Below, in pieces: positions 1-11,800 of a DNA stretch of 64,000 nucleotides. Source of the stretch: Trichosphaerium sp. ATCC 40318 (taxonomy: Eukaryota > Protista > Tubulinea); assembly GCA_038496445.1 (NCBI GenBank), contig JALMLS010000577.1, positions 1,054,001 to 1,118,000 of the forward strand. The letters are read 5' to 3'. Under the pieces are notes generated by a model that saw nothing but the letters and a program-made list of their open reading frames with translations, was not told where the DNA came from and searched no databases. Made by a program: the position numbers and the translations under genes. Every line of letters starts with the position of its first letter. Position 1 is the stretch's first letter.

Positions 1-385
1 GATTTACAAAGCTAAAAGAGTACAAAACTATCTAATGGTCCTTTATGTAGCTTCAGAGTATGCTTTACTTACCAGAGATTGATTTGTAGCTACTAACAGT
101 CTGTACAAAAAAAAGTAGTAGCTAAAACGACAACCAGCCTGAAGCGCTATTATCAAACAGCGTGATGCCATGATTGTACAAATACTTACGTCTCTGCCAG
201 AGACGTTTACAAGGGTTGACTTTAAACGAAAGCTTTCCTCCTTTCAAACTCCCTGTGGTCTACCCAACATGCTGGCTATTACAAAATCTGCATGTATTCG
301 TAGGATTGCTTCGAAACGACCGTCGAAGCGTCTAAAGCCAAAAGTACGCTTGATTTTATTCAAAAAGGCTTATAATAGCATTTAG

Positions 386-2007
386 GCGTACTCTACGGGT
401 TGGGGAGATAATATAACTATTCTACCGACTGAACAGTCCCTAAAACAATCTGTCGATCTTATAAAAGCTGCCAAAGGCATTATAGTTACAGCTGGAGCCG
501 GAATGAGCGAAGAATGTGGCATTCCAAGGACTACAGGTTAGAAATCTTACATTAGTGTATCTAATACGCGTAGAATCTCTTAAAAATGTTTTACCGCAGT
601 TTAAAGACACAGAACACGACTTAAACGACTTTGTACAGTACATTCTGTTAAATAGTCGCTAACACAATTGTAGGCTGATCGAGAGTGGATGGAAACGAAC
701 CCAGAGCAAGCGTGGGGATTTTATGGATCTCTCCTTGATTATTATCGTAAAACAAAACCTAGTAAAGGGTTAGAACCTCTTTTCACTGCGTAACGCCTGC
801 GTTTAATGACAGATTACTATTTAGGCACGAATTGCTACTGGATTTGTGCGAAAGAATGCCATACGTGCGTATTTTGAACTATGCGCACTACTGAGTATAT
901 TATAAACACCTTCTCTACGTTTACAAGTATTTTCGGGCCTTAAAATACATTCTTAAATGCTTACAAGAGATGCTACTCCGTATTCTTTTTTTTTTTTGGA
1001 ATTGAAGGCCAAGTCAGAAATAATTTTTTACTCTATTCTATTCAAGCTTAACTTACTGTGTTTATTGTAGGGTTACTTTGTTGTAACGAATCTAACTGAT
1101 GGAATATTTCAAAAGGCAGGATTTGATAGTGATAGAATTGTAGAACTCAATGGAAGCTTACATCAAATGCAAGGGTTTAATTCTGTACGCAACATATTAG
1201 TGTATTTATAGCTTACTATAAAAATAGGATAGCCCGATTGTGCCGGCACCAGAAGAATTACTAGATATCGATTATAGGACAATGCGGGCTGTCAATGTAC
1301 CTAAAGATACTGATGGTAACCCTTTACGACCACACGTTACATTGTACGCACATAAAAACAAAACGAAAAAAACAAGAAAAAAATGAGATTCATCGCTTGA
1401 TTTGTGTCTTGCTCAGAAAACATTACAAAATAACGCGCCAAAATTTCGGTTTCTATTTTATTAATTATTTCATTCAAGGAGAAATGATATGTCGTGGAAT
1501 TCAAAGAGAACTGACGGCCAAAGTCTTCGTATGGATAAATGGGTATCTGAATTCACTTATAAGGATCCTATGATAGTCCTTGAGCTTGGTGCACAGCCAG
1601 GAAGTTCTGTTAGACTATATAGTATGTAGATTAATTCTTTTACTTTGTCTTAAACTTTTACCACGCCTGTAACAAGCAACTGTTACCAACATTCTTTCTT
1701 TTTTTTCAGAACTAGGTTACTTGTTTTTTTTTTGACATTTATGTCTAGGTACACACCTTCTATTTTATCATAGAAATTCGCGTATGATTCGCATTCATAA
1801 AGAAGACCCAAAGATAGAAAGAGGTCACTTAGGTAATTAAAATCGCAAAAACAAAAAAATACATCCAGATTTTCAACAAGACAAGAAAACTGACGCTTTT
1901 CTGCAGGTATAAAATTAGGTATGACTGAGGCTCTATCTGAACTAACTACCTTAATGGATGGTGGTGAAATAGGCGAAAACAATAACAAAAAGGATGTATG
2001 GGGTTAG
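386..2007 (+). CDS. Sir2/sirtuin-family protein, multi-exon, probably catalytically degenerate; 5' end unresolved and may extend beyond the window start
   Basis: Spliced exons give IIVTAGAGMSEECGIP, NPEQAWGFYG, GYFVVTNLTDGIFQKAGF..IVELNGSLH, LRPHV and IVLELGA, the motif order of sirtuins. Stop TAG at 2005-2007. Confidence 0.8.
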
Positions 2008-2346
2008 GACGCACTATTTGTTGAAAAAAAAAAAAGCCAACATAACGGAATGTACATAAATAAACAAACACAATTATTTAAGTTAGTATGTGAACTCACT
2101 GAACATCACTGCACGTGAACCGTTTTGCATCGACACATGCAAAGGAGAATGGACGGTGGAGAGTTCGGTAGTTCCTAACCAGAGGAGTACTCTTGAACTA
2201 GTAAGTTACTAGCTAGTCCACGTTTGGATTTCCTAACAGTTCTAATTTGCTTTGGTAAGATGAAGAAGTTTAAGTCAGGTGCGTAGAAATGGAACGTTGT
2301 GATTCTTTAAGATCAATGGACATTCCCCATTTACTTCTGTTAAAAC

Positions 2347-4399
2347 ATGAGACAACTTACAGTTTATCTAATGATTGGCTACACGTTTATTTCGCTGTAT
2401 TATGGTGCGTCGCGAGAACCAGGGATAACAATTACGTTTCGCCGGGTTTCGTATTGTCGCACTGTAACGTAACAGCTTTTTAGGGCAATCGTTCAATGGA
2501 AAAGTGTTATTGACGCCAAGTTCGACCACTCTATGTGACAGTGTAGTTATTAATACTCCAAATAACACCTTCGACGAATACATGCTCATACGAGCCAGTT
2601 TCAGATGTAAATAAGCCTAAGGATCATTTTTTTATTAATATTCAATGACACGTGATTAGACGCTGATGGTTTACCGTATATTGGCGTCGTAGTTGTCTAC
2701 TCTCATCTGTTCCTACATGTAGATAATGTAGGTTCCTCGGACGCTTCTGGGACGTTACACGAGATGAAAACCGACTGGAACGCTTTTACAGAGTGGTCAT
2801 CGTTTCCTAACAACAAGGGACCAGGTAGCTGACTTTGATAGAATTTGTTGCTAATATGCATGGATAGTTGCGGGTATTGATTACGACGAAGCTATATCTG
2901 GTTCTTACAGTGGTGTACCCGATGGTGGCATTGCGAATATCACCGTCACTAGTACGGTAGATAAATGGTTGAATCCTGCGGTTGAAAACACAGGTTGGAT
3001 TATTAGAAGAGGTAAGTTCTACGACGAAGTTCACATACTAAGAAAGACAAAGAAAATCCACATGATATCTTCGGCTGTAGGTCTGTAAAGAAGCCTAGAC
3101 TTGATATGGCAATTGGGCCTTTACCCTTTATATTCACGTGCTATACTTACAAAGATCCATGCACGTGAAATATTACTGGAGCCTGAAATTTATTAATTTT
3201 AGTTGGGAACCTTGGATATCCTGAACCATTTATTGCATACACTCGATTGTGCTTTTTCTGTGAAGGTCCTACTGGGTTTGGAGACCTAGTAAAAGATCTC
3301 ATTTCGGGAGGCTTTTTGATAGTTAATGGTGTTGAAGTACCAACAACCAACGTTCCACCTATTGGAGATACTCACGGTATGTGTCATAATCTTTAAAATC
3401 CATCTCACTACTAATAGTTGGATTCTGTGTTGTTGTACCTCCAAACATCAAAACCATGGAGCTGGAAATTAACTTTTCGTACGCTACTGGCTTTTAGTGC
3501 TATCAGCACTAATAAACATAGGTCAGGTCTGTATATTTTGGCGATAGATACCGTAGGATACTCAACAAAACTACCGGAGGAAATTGGTACAAGAACAAAC
3601 ATGTTTCCCTTTTAACCGCTTTTGAAGCTTGCCAGTCATTCGAGTGTGAGAATTCAACAGTCACGATCAATGGTACTTTTCAAGGCGAGTTAATAATAGG
3701 AGATTCTATATCCATAAAGAATGACGTCATAATTAATGGTAACTTTAACGTACAAGGTACACTTCTTTGTTTCGAGAACGATTTCATTGATTATCTCCGT
3801 TAGGTCAAATCAGAATTGAATCTAATGAAACTGTGCTCACTATTGAGGGTTGTTTATCAGCTACAAAAGGCATTAATATTCAATTGAATGAAAACGAGAC
3901 ATACCATGAAGGGCAAAAAATCATTCAACTTTTTACTCCATGTGACCTTGATGTACAACAATTATCCTTTACTTGCTGGATTTTTTCCTAACAACAAATT
4001 TAGAATACAGTACTGATTTTGACTGGTGGTGAAACAGAGGTACGTAGATAACGTTAATAGAATGTGTGTTAACCGTAGTGCAAGAGGGATTGTGAAAAGT
4101 TAGCAGCAAAGTCAACTTCTTCGTCAGTGGGAATAACTGTAAGCATTTCTATTGACGAAAGTGACTGCGGTACAATGGGCAGTACAAGTAGTTCTGTTTT
4201 TAATAGAAACGCACATATAATCATTCCTTCAGTCGTTGCTGTTATAGTTTTTATAGCACTCATTGTGGTAGCAGGAATAGCTCTTCACAGGTACCTGCTA
4301 TACTGACTTGCCGAAGAATAGGTGTTAACTCCTGCCCTACTTAGGTATATGAGAGTTCGTAAATACAAAATACCCACAATAACGGTCGATGCGCAATAA
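2347..4399 (+). CDS. Type I membrane protein with DNRLRE/CBM96-like extracellular domain and Ser/Thr/Pro linker
   Basis: Signal-like N-terminus MRQLTVYLMIGYTFISLYYG. Exons LHEMKTDWNAFTEWSSF and ITVTSTVDKWLNPAVENTGWII resemble DNRLRE domains. TM segment IIIPSVVAVIVFIALIVVAGIAL, short basic tail, TAA at 4397-4399. Confidence 0.55.
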
Positions 4400-4547
4400 A
4401 GAATGACTAAACCAATAGCAAATTAATACTAGTAATAAAGGTAGCAATCATGTCTACGTTCTTTTATAAATGGCAAAGTACACGCCCATGGCATTTTACA
4501 AGAAAGCCTGGAGTATGGTTACTTGGGTTCAAGAAAGCCACTATCAG

Positions 4548-5677
4548 TCAGAGAGCCACACAGGTTCCAATTAGCGCTTTAGCACCTTCTTCTGTTACAT
4601 AAGTGTTATAAGCTGCAACGTAACTTGCCCCCTCCAGTGCTTTAACACCTTCATCTGTAACAGAAGTGCCTCCAAGATTTATAGTATGCACACCAGCAAG
4701 CGCTTTAACACCTTCATCTGTAATAGAAGTGCCTGCAAGATTTATATTATGCACACCAGCAAGCGCTTTAACACCTTCATCTGTTACTGAAGTATGGTTA
4801 AGAATTATAGTGTGAACTCCAGCGAGAGCCTTAATGCCTTCGTCTGTCACTGAAGTGTAAGCAAGGTGTATGGTATGAACACCTTTAAGCAATTTAATGC
4901 CTTCATCTGTTACTGAAGTACGAGCAAGGTTAATATTGTGAACCCCAGCAAGTACTTTAATGGATTCATCTGTCACTGAAGTGTTATGAAGACTAATTGT
5001 ATGAACACCTTTGAGAGATTTAACACCTTCATCTGTAACTTTTGTGTTTCCAAGATTAATATTATGAGCACCTTTGAGTGCTTTAACACCTTTGTCTGTA
5101 ATATAAGTGCCCCATAGATGTATAGTATGTACTCCAGCAAGTGCTTTAACACCTTCATCTGATACTGATGTAAATGTAAGATTTATAGTGTGAACTCCGG
5201 CATGAGCCTTAATGCCTTCATCTGTAGTAGAAGTGTTTCGAAGGTTTATAATATGTACTCCAGCAAGTGCTGTAAAGCATTCATCAGTCACATTTACACA
5301 GGCATCAAGGTCAATTGTATGTACTCCTGCAAGTGCTTTAATGCCTTCATCTGTTACTGAAGTATCACGAAGGTAATGGCACGAACACCTGCAAACTTTT
5401 TGATAATGTTGTCATCAAAGCAACCGCCATCAAGTACGATCTTAGTGTTTTTGAGAATGCCTTCATGTTGTAGAAGTGATTCTGCTCCCAATATGGTCTC
5501 AATGATGATAGTTTCGTAGCCAATAACATCATGCACGATAGATGCCAGAAAATGGCAGGTCTGGCAAGCTACAAATCGCGATTTGGTTGTTTGGCGTAAA
5601 ATATGCGCTATTATCTCTGTAGGTAGTCGTAATAAACTCACACTGGTGGTATCGTTGGTAACGTCTGAGGAAAGCAT
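4548..5677 (-). pseudogene. Intronless F-box + 22-aa leucine-rich repeat gene with a 1-nt frameshift (pseudogene or sequencing error)
   Basis: F-box LLRLPTEIIAHIL..FVACQTCHFL in ORF 5354-5677. About 12-13 repeats of LAGVHTINLxxTSVTDEGVKA follow in another frame. The junction reads GCC ATT AC CTT CGT GAT ACT, one base short at 5373-5374. Confidence 0.8.
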
Positions 5678-5764
5678 AATCGTTTATCTTTGAACATAGT
5701 TATTATTTTTGCGCCTTGAAGCGGCACGTGTTCTTTTTAAACTATTGATAGGTTAAATAATATC

Positions 5765-6012
5765 GGACCCACGTTTTTTCCGAATTTTTCGAAAGAAAAA
5801 ATAGAATTCGATACAAAAACCGAATGCCTATACCCACCAATGGATCACTATATGTGAGCGAAGGTCGGGTTCTAGTTCCGAGCACAGCGAGGACCCGACC
5901 GTAAGTGAACCAGGCGCTTTCTAGTTTAGTGGACTCCCTAGCTATGCATCTTTCTACGAATTCTATTTTTTCGAATTTTTGTTTTCGGAAAATTCGGAAA
6001 AAACTATGGTCC
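5765..6012. mobile_element. MITE-like foldback element with ~46-56 bp imperfect terminal inverted repeats and an internal GC-rich hairpin
   Basis: Left arm 5765-5810 (ggacccacgttttttccgaatttttcgaaagaaaaaatagaattcg) is the near reverse complement of right arm 5957-6012. Inner stem ggtcgggttct/aggacccgacc at 5863-5900. Confidence 0.6.
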
Positions 6013-6529
6013 CAATAATATCAGTCTATTTTTTTCGTCATTATCAAAAAACAGGGCTGGGCAGCATCGCTTTTGAGACTGACCGATCATCAACTCTCAC
6101 ATACAGGTTATAATTTGCTACCTCTAATTGAGGATAAGATTGTGTAATTTTGGGCGCCTGTTGGTGCTTTAAACAATTGCATGAATTGGTGTTAAGGAAA
6201 ACTAATTATCCATTTCATTGAACTCTTAACAATTGTAATGCCGGCAATAAACTAATCAACCTGCTCATTATAATGATAGTAACATCGTCATAACAGTAAA
6301 CTACAAGCGACTTGGTTATACGTAGCGACAACGATATTTGTAAATTTACTGACGAGTATTCATAGATTGTAATGGCACATCTGAAACTCCATCACCAACC
6401 AAACTAACAAGTTACAACCAACAAACAACTCCAAAACAAGTCAAACGTAAGCGCATTCTTGTTTCCCCTATTTGGGACTATCTTGCAGATGATAGAAACA
6501 ATGCCGACGAAAAAGTATGTGTACTTACA

Positions 6530-6719
6530 TGTTTAAAAAAAAGTCGAAAAAATGTCGAAGTTATATTGAACTGTTCGCCACAAAGGGTCTAGCTGGGCTA
6601 TGGCGCTCAGTAGCCGTTAGGCTCTGCCTTTCCAAACCCCCCTAAAAGGGGGCTTTCTAAATAGTTCCTATGGCATAATATAGGATAATTAGTGCCAAAT
6701 TTTTGACTTTTTTTTGACA
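6530..6719. repeat. Second, more degenerate inverted-repeat element with GC-rich hairpin core
   Basis: Arms tgtttaaaaaaaagtcgaaaaaatgtc and gccaaatttttgacttttttttgaca. Internal hairpins ggcta..tagcc (6596-6615) and ccccct-aaa-aggggg (6638-6652). Confidence 0.35.
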
Positions 6720-6949
6720 AAGTTCTACATTTGGGTTCCCACTTTATTCCCGTGTCACTTCACAGGTCAAACTATATTCTTTCTTTTTTCTTAGAAGAAG
6801 AAAAGGAAATGCAATACGTAGTTGTTACTAAAATCTACCTTACATGATAACTTTGCAGCTGAATTGTTCCACGGCAACAAAGCAAGAATCCGTCAAAAAA
6901 TAAAAAGTGCTTCGCAAGCTTGTGGTAAGTTTGATTCTTCTATTCTCGC

Positions 6950-8398
6950 ATGGGTTCAAAATCAAGTAAACAACGTAATAACAATGTCCAGCACAAGTTC
7001 GAACAAAGCTCGAGCAAATTACAGACTACCAAGCAAGCAGACAAGGACTTACAAGGTTAAAACCCTTTCATAGTGAAACCAATGCATTGTTTAGGTAGTC
7101 CTACGTTAAAATACCTCGATTTATCAGAATTACCACCAGAATTGCTGTATAATCTATTACCTTACGTATACAGGCTTGAAGATAAGATATCAGGTCTTCT
7201 TGTATGCTCAAAATGGCGTAAAGTGATATTAGAAACAACGAAATGTGTAGATGGCTCTTCTCTTGTCGGTTACACGATGAAACAGCGCCTTGCTGCGTTT
7301 TCCGTGTTCCACAAGATTTCAAGTCTCACAGTACGACAATCATAACGCATTGCTCTTAAGTCATTCTAAATTACATGAACTTCAAGTTTTACAATTGCGA
7401 GATGAATGGCAGGACACAGAATGAAATTGGTGAGCTACTTTTTGCTTTCCCATGATGGATCACGTTTAACACGTGTTTCAGGTGAAGCTATTGTTAAAGC
7501 AAAATTGGGAATGATGGATATGGACTATGGAGAGTATAGACAAATTGTCAAAGTAGGCTTTCCACTTACGGGAGTAGACTTGTATCCGGAACAAGTGAAT
7601 AGTAAGTTGGTTTTTTTTGGCTTTTGCTTTTTTGTATTCTCGTCTTTACCATCTCGTACTTATACTTCTATAAGAAATAAGAAAAAGTAAATATACTCCC
7701 ATAACATCCGTTAAGTTTGTGAACTGTACAATTGGGAATTGGGGAGGTACGTCATCATTTAAGAGGTTGAGGATTTTTTTATTTCCAAATGTTATTACGT
7801 TAGCAGGGTGTATGCCTGGAGGTATTATGGGGACTATGGCACTGTTGAGGGTCATGGAACATAATGTACCGGTATTTACGCTTGTAATTGATAACTGTAC
7901 TGGTCCTGGGTTAACGTACTTTAGAGAAGGTGAGATATTCTTTGACAACCAAACTTCACACTTATTTTGTTGTTGTTTAAGGTCTAGAGTACACATTACG
8001 CATGCTACCAAAATTCAAAGTGGTCTTGAATAACGTTGATATATCTTTAAAGAAACTGGAAGGTACGAAGAATCTATTTATTAACATGTTTTATTTCTGA
8101 ACAGATATAAAAAAAAAATGCATTACTTTTTTCTTGAGACAATACTAACGCCATCAAAGATGCCTTAATTTTTCCGTCAATCTCAGCTTTTGACGCTTCT
8201 GGAACACCTGCTTTAGAAGAATTATTATTAAGGGAAGGTATATTTCCAGGGATGAGTGAGGAAGACTTAGAAAAGAAGAAAATTGAACTTGAATCACGTA
8301 TTCCAAAGAATATAGAATCCACGGCAACTGAAGACATCATTGCAATAAATATTGCACGTGTACTTTTATCTGCGATTAATAAACGTAAGCAAAATTAA
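6950..8398 (+). CDS. F-box (probably LRR) protein with N-myristoylation motif
   Basis: The spliced ORF starts MGSKSSKQ, then F-box LSELPPELLYNLLPYV..LLVCSKWRKV. LRR-like exons follow; TAA at 8396-8398. The last acceptor appears to be ttttttcttgag at 8138. Confidence 0.65.
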
Positions 8399-8864
8399 GA
8401 ATAAGCAAGTACAGCAAAAAAAACCCACAAATCTTGCTTCTGGCAGACATGAAATAGTTGTATTTGGGGTAAGGTAAAGGCTATCAAGTCCCTACGTAAG
8501 GAGCACGTGTACACTTTCGAACGCTTTTATTTTATTGACCGTACAGTACTCAGCTCTAGATATTCAGAAGGTCACTTTAGGCTAACAAAGTATCGCCTTT
8601 ATACAGGCAATTGTATTTAGGGAGCCAATAACCACAGCTTTGTATACTATTTTATAGCATGACTTGTTTCGTTCATTAACATCCTGACAATGGAATTGTT
8701 GTCCTACCATTTGGCAGGAAACTTACAAGAATACAACTGCTACAAACTAGACAAGACTACTTTTGCACTGAGTTTATTTACTTCAAATATATGAGTATGT
8801 AATGTAAAGACTACAACAGTGTAGTCCAAAAACAACTTCAAAAAGTGGAGAATAACACATTTTA

Positions 8865-11800
8865 CTACAACAATGCAGCACTTGATTTTGGTGCACCAGG
8901 TATTTCTCGATAAGGAGGCGTATCTTCTTCGCTACTATCATAACTGTCACCAACAACTATCAATCTTGACTCTTTTACACCTAAAGATATAGCAAGATCT
9001 CGTGCTGTAGGTCTATCCGAAGGATCTAAAGAAAGTATTAATTCAAAGAGCTGCATGCTGATGATAAAAAAAAAAGCCAAACGTACGAAACTTCCAACAC
9101 TCATTCATCAGTAATACCCATCTCTTTGAGCAGTCTGAGCTTATTTCAGGTGTATTTCCTGCATCTCTTATTGATACAATAAGACTAAATACGTCTTTTT
9201 GCCCTCTGTATGGTGTAGTGCGATGAACTAACTCCCACATTGTTATACCAAATGACCTTCAAGTGTGAAAGTGAGTGACAGCACAGAACGTAGTAATCAT
9301 GATTATCTGTTACTCAAATTTTCGTACCAAACGTCACTCTTGTTACTATACTCCAGGTTCATATTTTCAGGTGACATCCATCGTACCTTAAGATCGTAAA
9401 ATAAGTTATACATTTCGCGATAAAAAAAAAAGATTTTTTCAAAGAAAGCTCATGTACAGGTCCTATTTGTGTCATTGTCTTTGCTGCTTCGGTCATTTCA
9501 ACCTCTCTGGACATACCAAAATCTATGAAGGGAAGTAACGTAAGAAGGAAGAACAAGTCATAAAGAATATCTTGTAAACACAAGCACATGTGCAAAATGT
9601 AAAAAAGTTACATACCAGCAATTCTTGGACTACCATCAGAATCCAATAAAATATTACGACAAGCCAAATCCCTAGTATGTACGTTAAAATAAAATGATAG
9701 AATAAAAAAACAGAAGTAAGAATGCCTGTTCTCAACAGCAAAACCAAAAAAAAAAACGTGTTTCTTTTTTGATAAATCAAAGGTTAAGTTACCTGTGAAC
9801 AATATTAGCACTGTGTAGTAGTGTTAGCCCAGATAGAATACCAGACGCATAGAAAAATAATTCGTCATCTGTAAAGTGTTCTTTTTTCTTCTTGTAAAGA
9901 ACATCCAAAGAGCCTGGAAAGAAGTTAAGAAGTTGTTTTGATACAAAAGAGAAACATGCTCATTAAATACCTCCATGCATGAACTCTAGAATAATCCAAG
10001 GTGCACCATCACTCAATGCAATACCTTCTATCTTGACAATATGAGGATGTTCTGGGAGCCCACTGTAGTAGAAATGTGTTAAAACTTGTATACTTTGTTT
10101 ACCAGCTTATACCTCATAACCTCTGCTTCACGGAGGAATTCTACTGTAGCATCATGAGACATGGCGTTTGCTATCTTTACAGCCACTGTTTTTTCTTTAT
10201 AAATAGCTTGGTGTACTACACCATAACTACCAGAACCTAAGAATAAGGTTAGTCGCCCACACTTTCAATGTCCAAAAAAAAAACAAAGAATAAAAGAGTT
10301 GTTGTCGTACCAAGCTCTTTTGTGAATGCAATACGCTTTGGGCTTATAAACCTCAAAGCAGCATCTAAACCATAATCTGTAGGAAGTATCTCCTTCTCCT
10401 TGCTACCACGACATTTGGTAAAATAGACAGCAGCAAGAATAACAACAACAAGTAAGATAACAATGATAACAACAACCACTATAATGATTGTTATATTAGA
10501 TCCTCCAGATCCCTCAGCTGATGGTACAACTGCTAGTTGTTCAGGAGTAACACCTATACTCCTTCTAGAACTTTCAGTAACCGTAGGAGCCAATACATCA
10601 GTAGTGTTATGGCTCAGGCTTATTTCAAAGTTTACATCGTATAACTGAGCTTCATCTCCTGTTATATTAAACAAGGTAGGATTTTGTATAAAATCTATAA
10701 CACAGCAGATGGACACTAGAAAAAATTAGACAAAACCGAGGAGAAATTATAATAGTATAAAATGGAAAAAAGTAAGAAAAATAGTGTTGTACAACAGAGC
10801 TAGAACGTACTTGGTTTACAATCAGCCAATTCTGTTACATTTACAGGCTCATCACCAATTGTAACATTCCATTGAAAAACAAAGTCAGTGACATTGTTTG
10901 CACCAACAAACTCTACAACGAACAACTGTCAAAAACAAATTCAAACAATTAATAAAAAAATACAAACCTACTGAAACATAGCACTTCTCATTTAATGCAA
11001 ATGTTGTTTGAGAGTCACTGTAATCAGGTAGACCATGTGTAGCCACACTAGATAATTGAGGGAATTCAGGGTAAGGTTTGAAGTCCAATGCAGCAAAAAA
11101 AGCAGATGGATGGAATGAATCGGCTAGACGCTTTGTATTAGATGAACTGCTAAACGTTTTTGACCCAACTGTTACAGATCCACTAAGTTGACCTGCAACA
11201 ATAACAGAGTCTCTGCTCAATACAGACAATGCACCAAAGTTAATACTGGCGGAAGGACTACCTAGGACTCATCAAAAACAAGAAAAACCAAACCAGATGA
11301 AACGTACTAGCATTGTAGAATAAAGTTTGCTCCGCTGTATCTATATTGTAACGAACTAAGAAGGCGCCACTCTTATCAGCTGGAAGAGTAACATCTTTAA
11401 ATGTTCCTGCAAAGGAACCAATAGCAAATAATTGATTGAATGTTGATTCTTCTTTAGCTTGTGTTATCCTCTAAACAACCTTTAGAACTAAACGTGGTAG
11501 GAGACTGTACAATATTGTCCACACTAAGTTCAGACTTAATAGTCCATATGGGCGTATAGTCTGTTGCGTTCATCATCTCTATTTTATAACCAGAAACAAA
11601 TGAGCTTGCTTTATCAAGGTCAATGTCATCAGTGAGCTGTGTAACAAGAACAAGTCGACCATCCTTGGTATGAAACATATCATCTAAAAAAAACAGCTAT
11701 TAAATTCTTTGCGTTTTATTTCTGTAATCCGTACTGGGTATGGAAGCAAATCCAGGCTCATTAGTTACTGAATTTATAGTTCTAGTTATGTCTCCATTGT

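Noticed and set aside
6440-6535. KRKRILVSPIWDYL..KVCVLTC resembling a BED zinc finger of a hAT transposase
   Set aside because: The W-containing stretch is better explained as a 42-nt GTAAGC..TGCAG intron in a decayed small gene. There are no His ligands or transposase core.
8105-8140. Apparent in-frame TGA in the F-box gene suggesting UGA=Trp
   Set aside because: An alternative acceptor (ttttttcttgag) restores the frame. Conserved genes use TGG for Trp and TGA as a stop.
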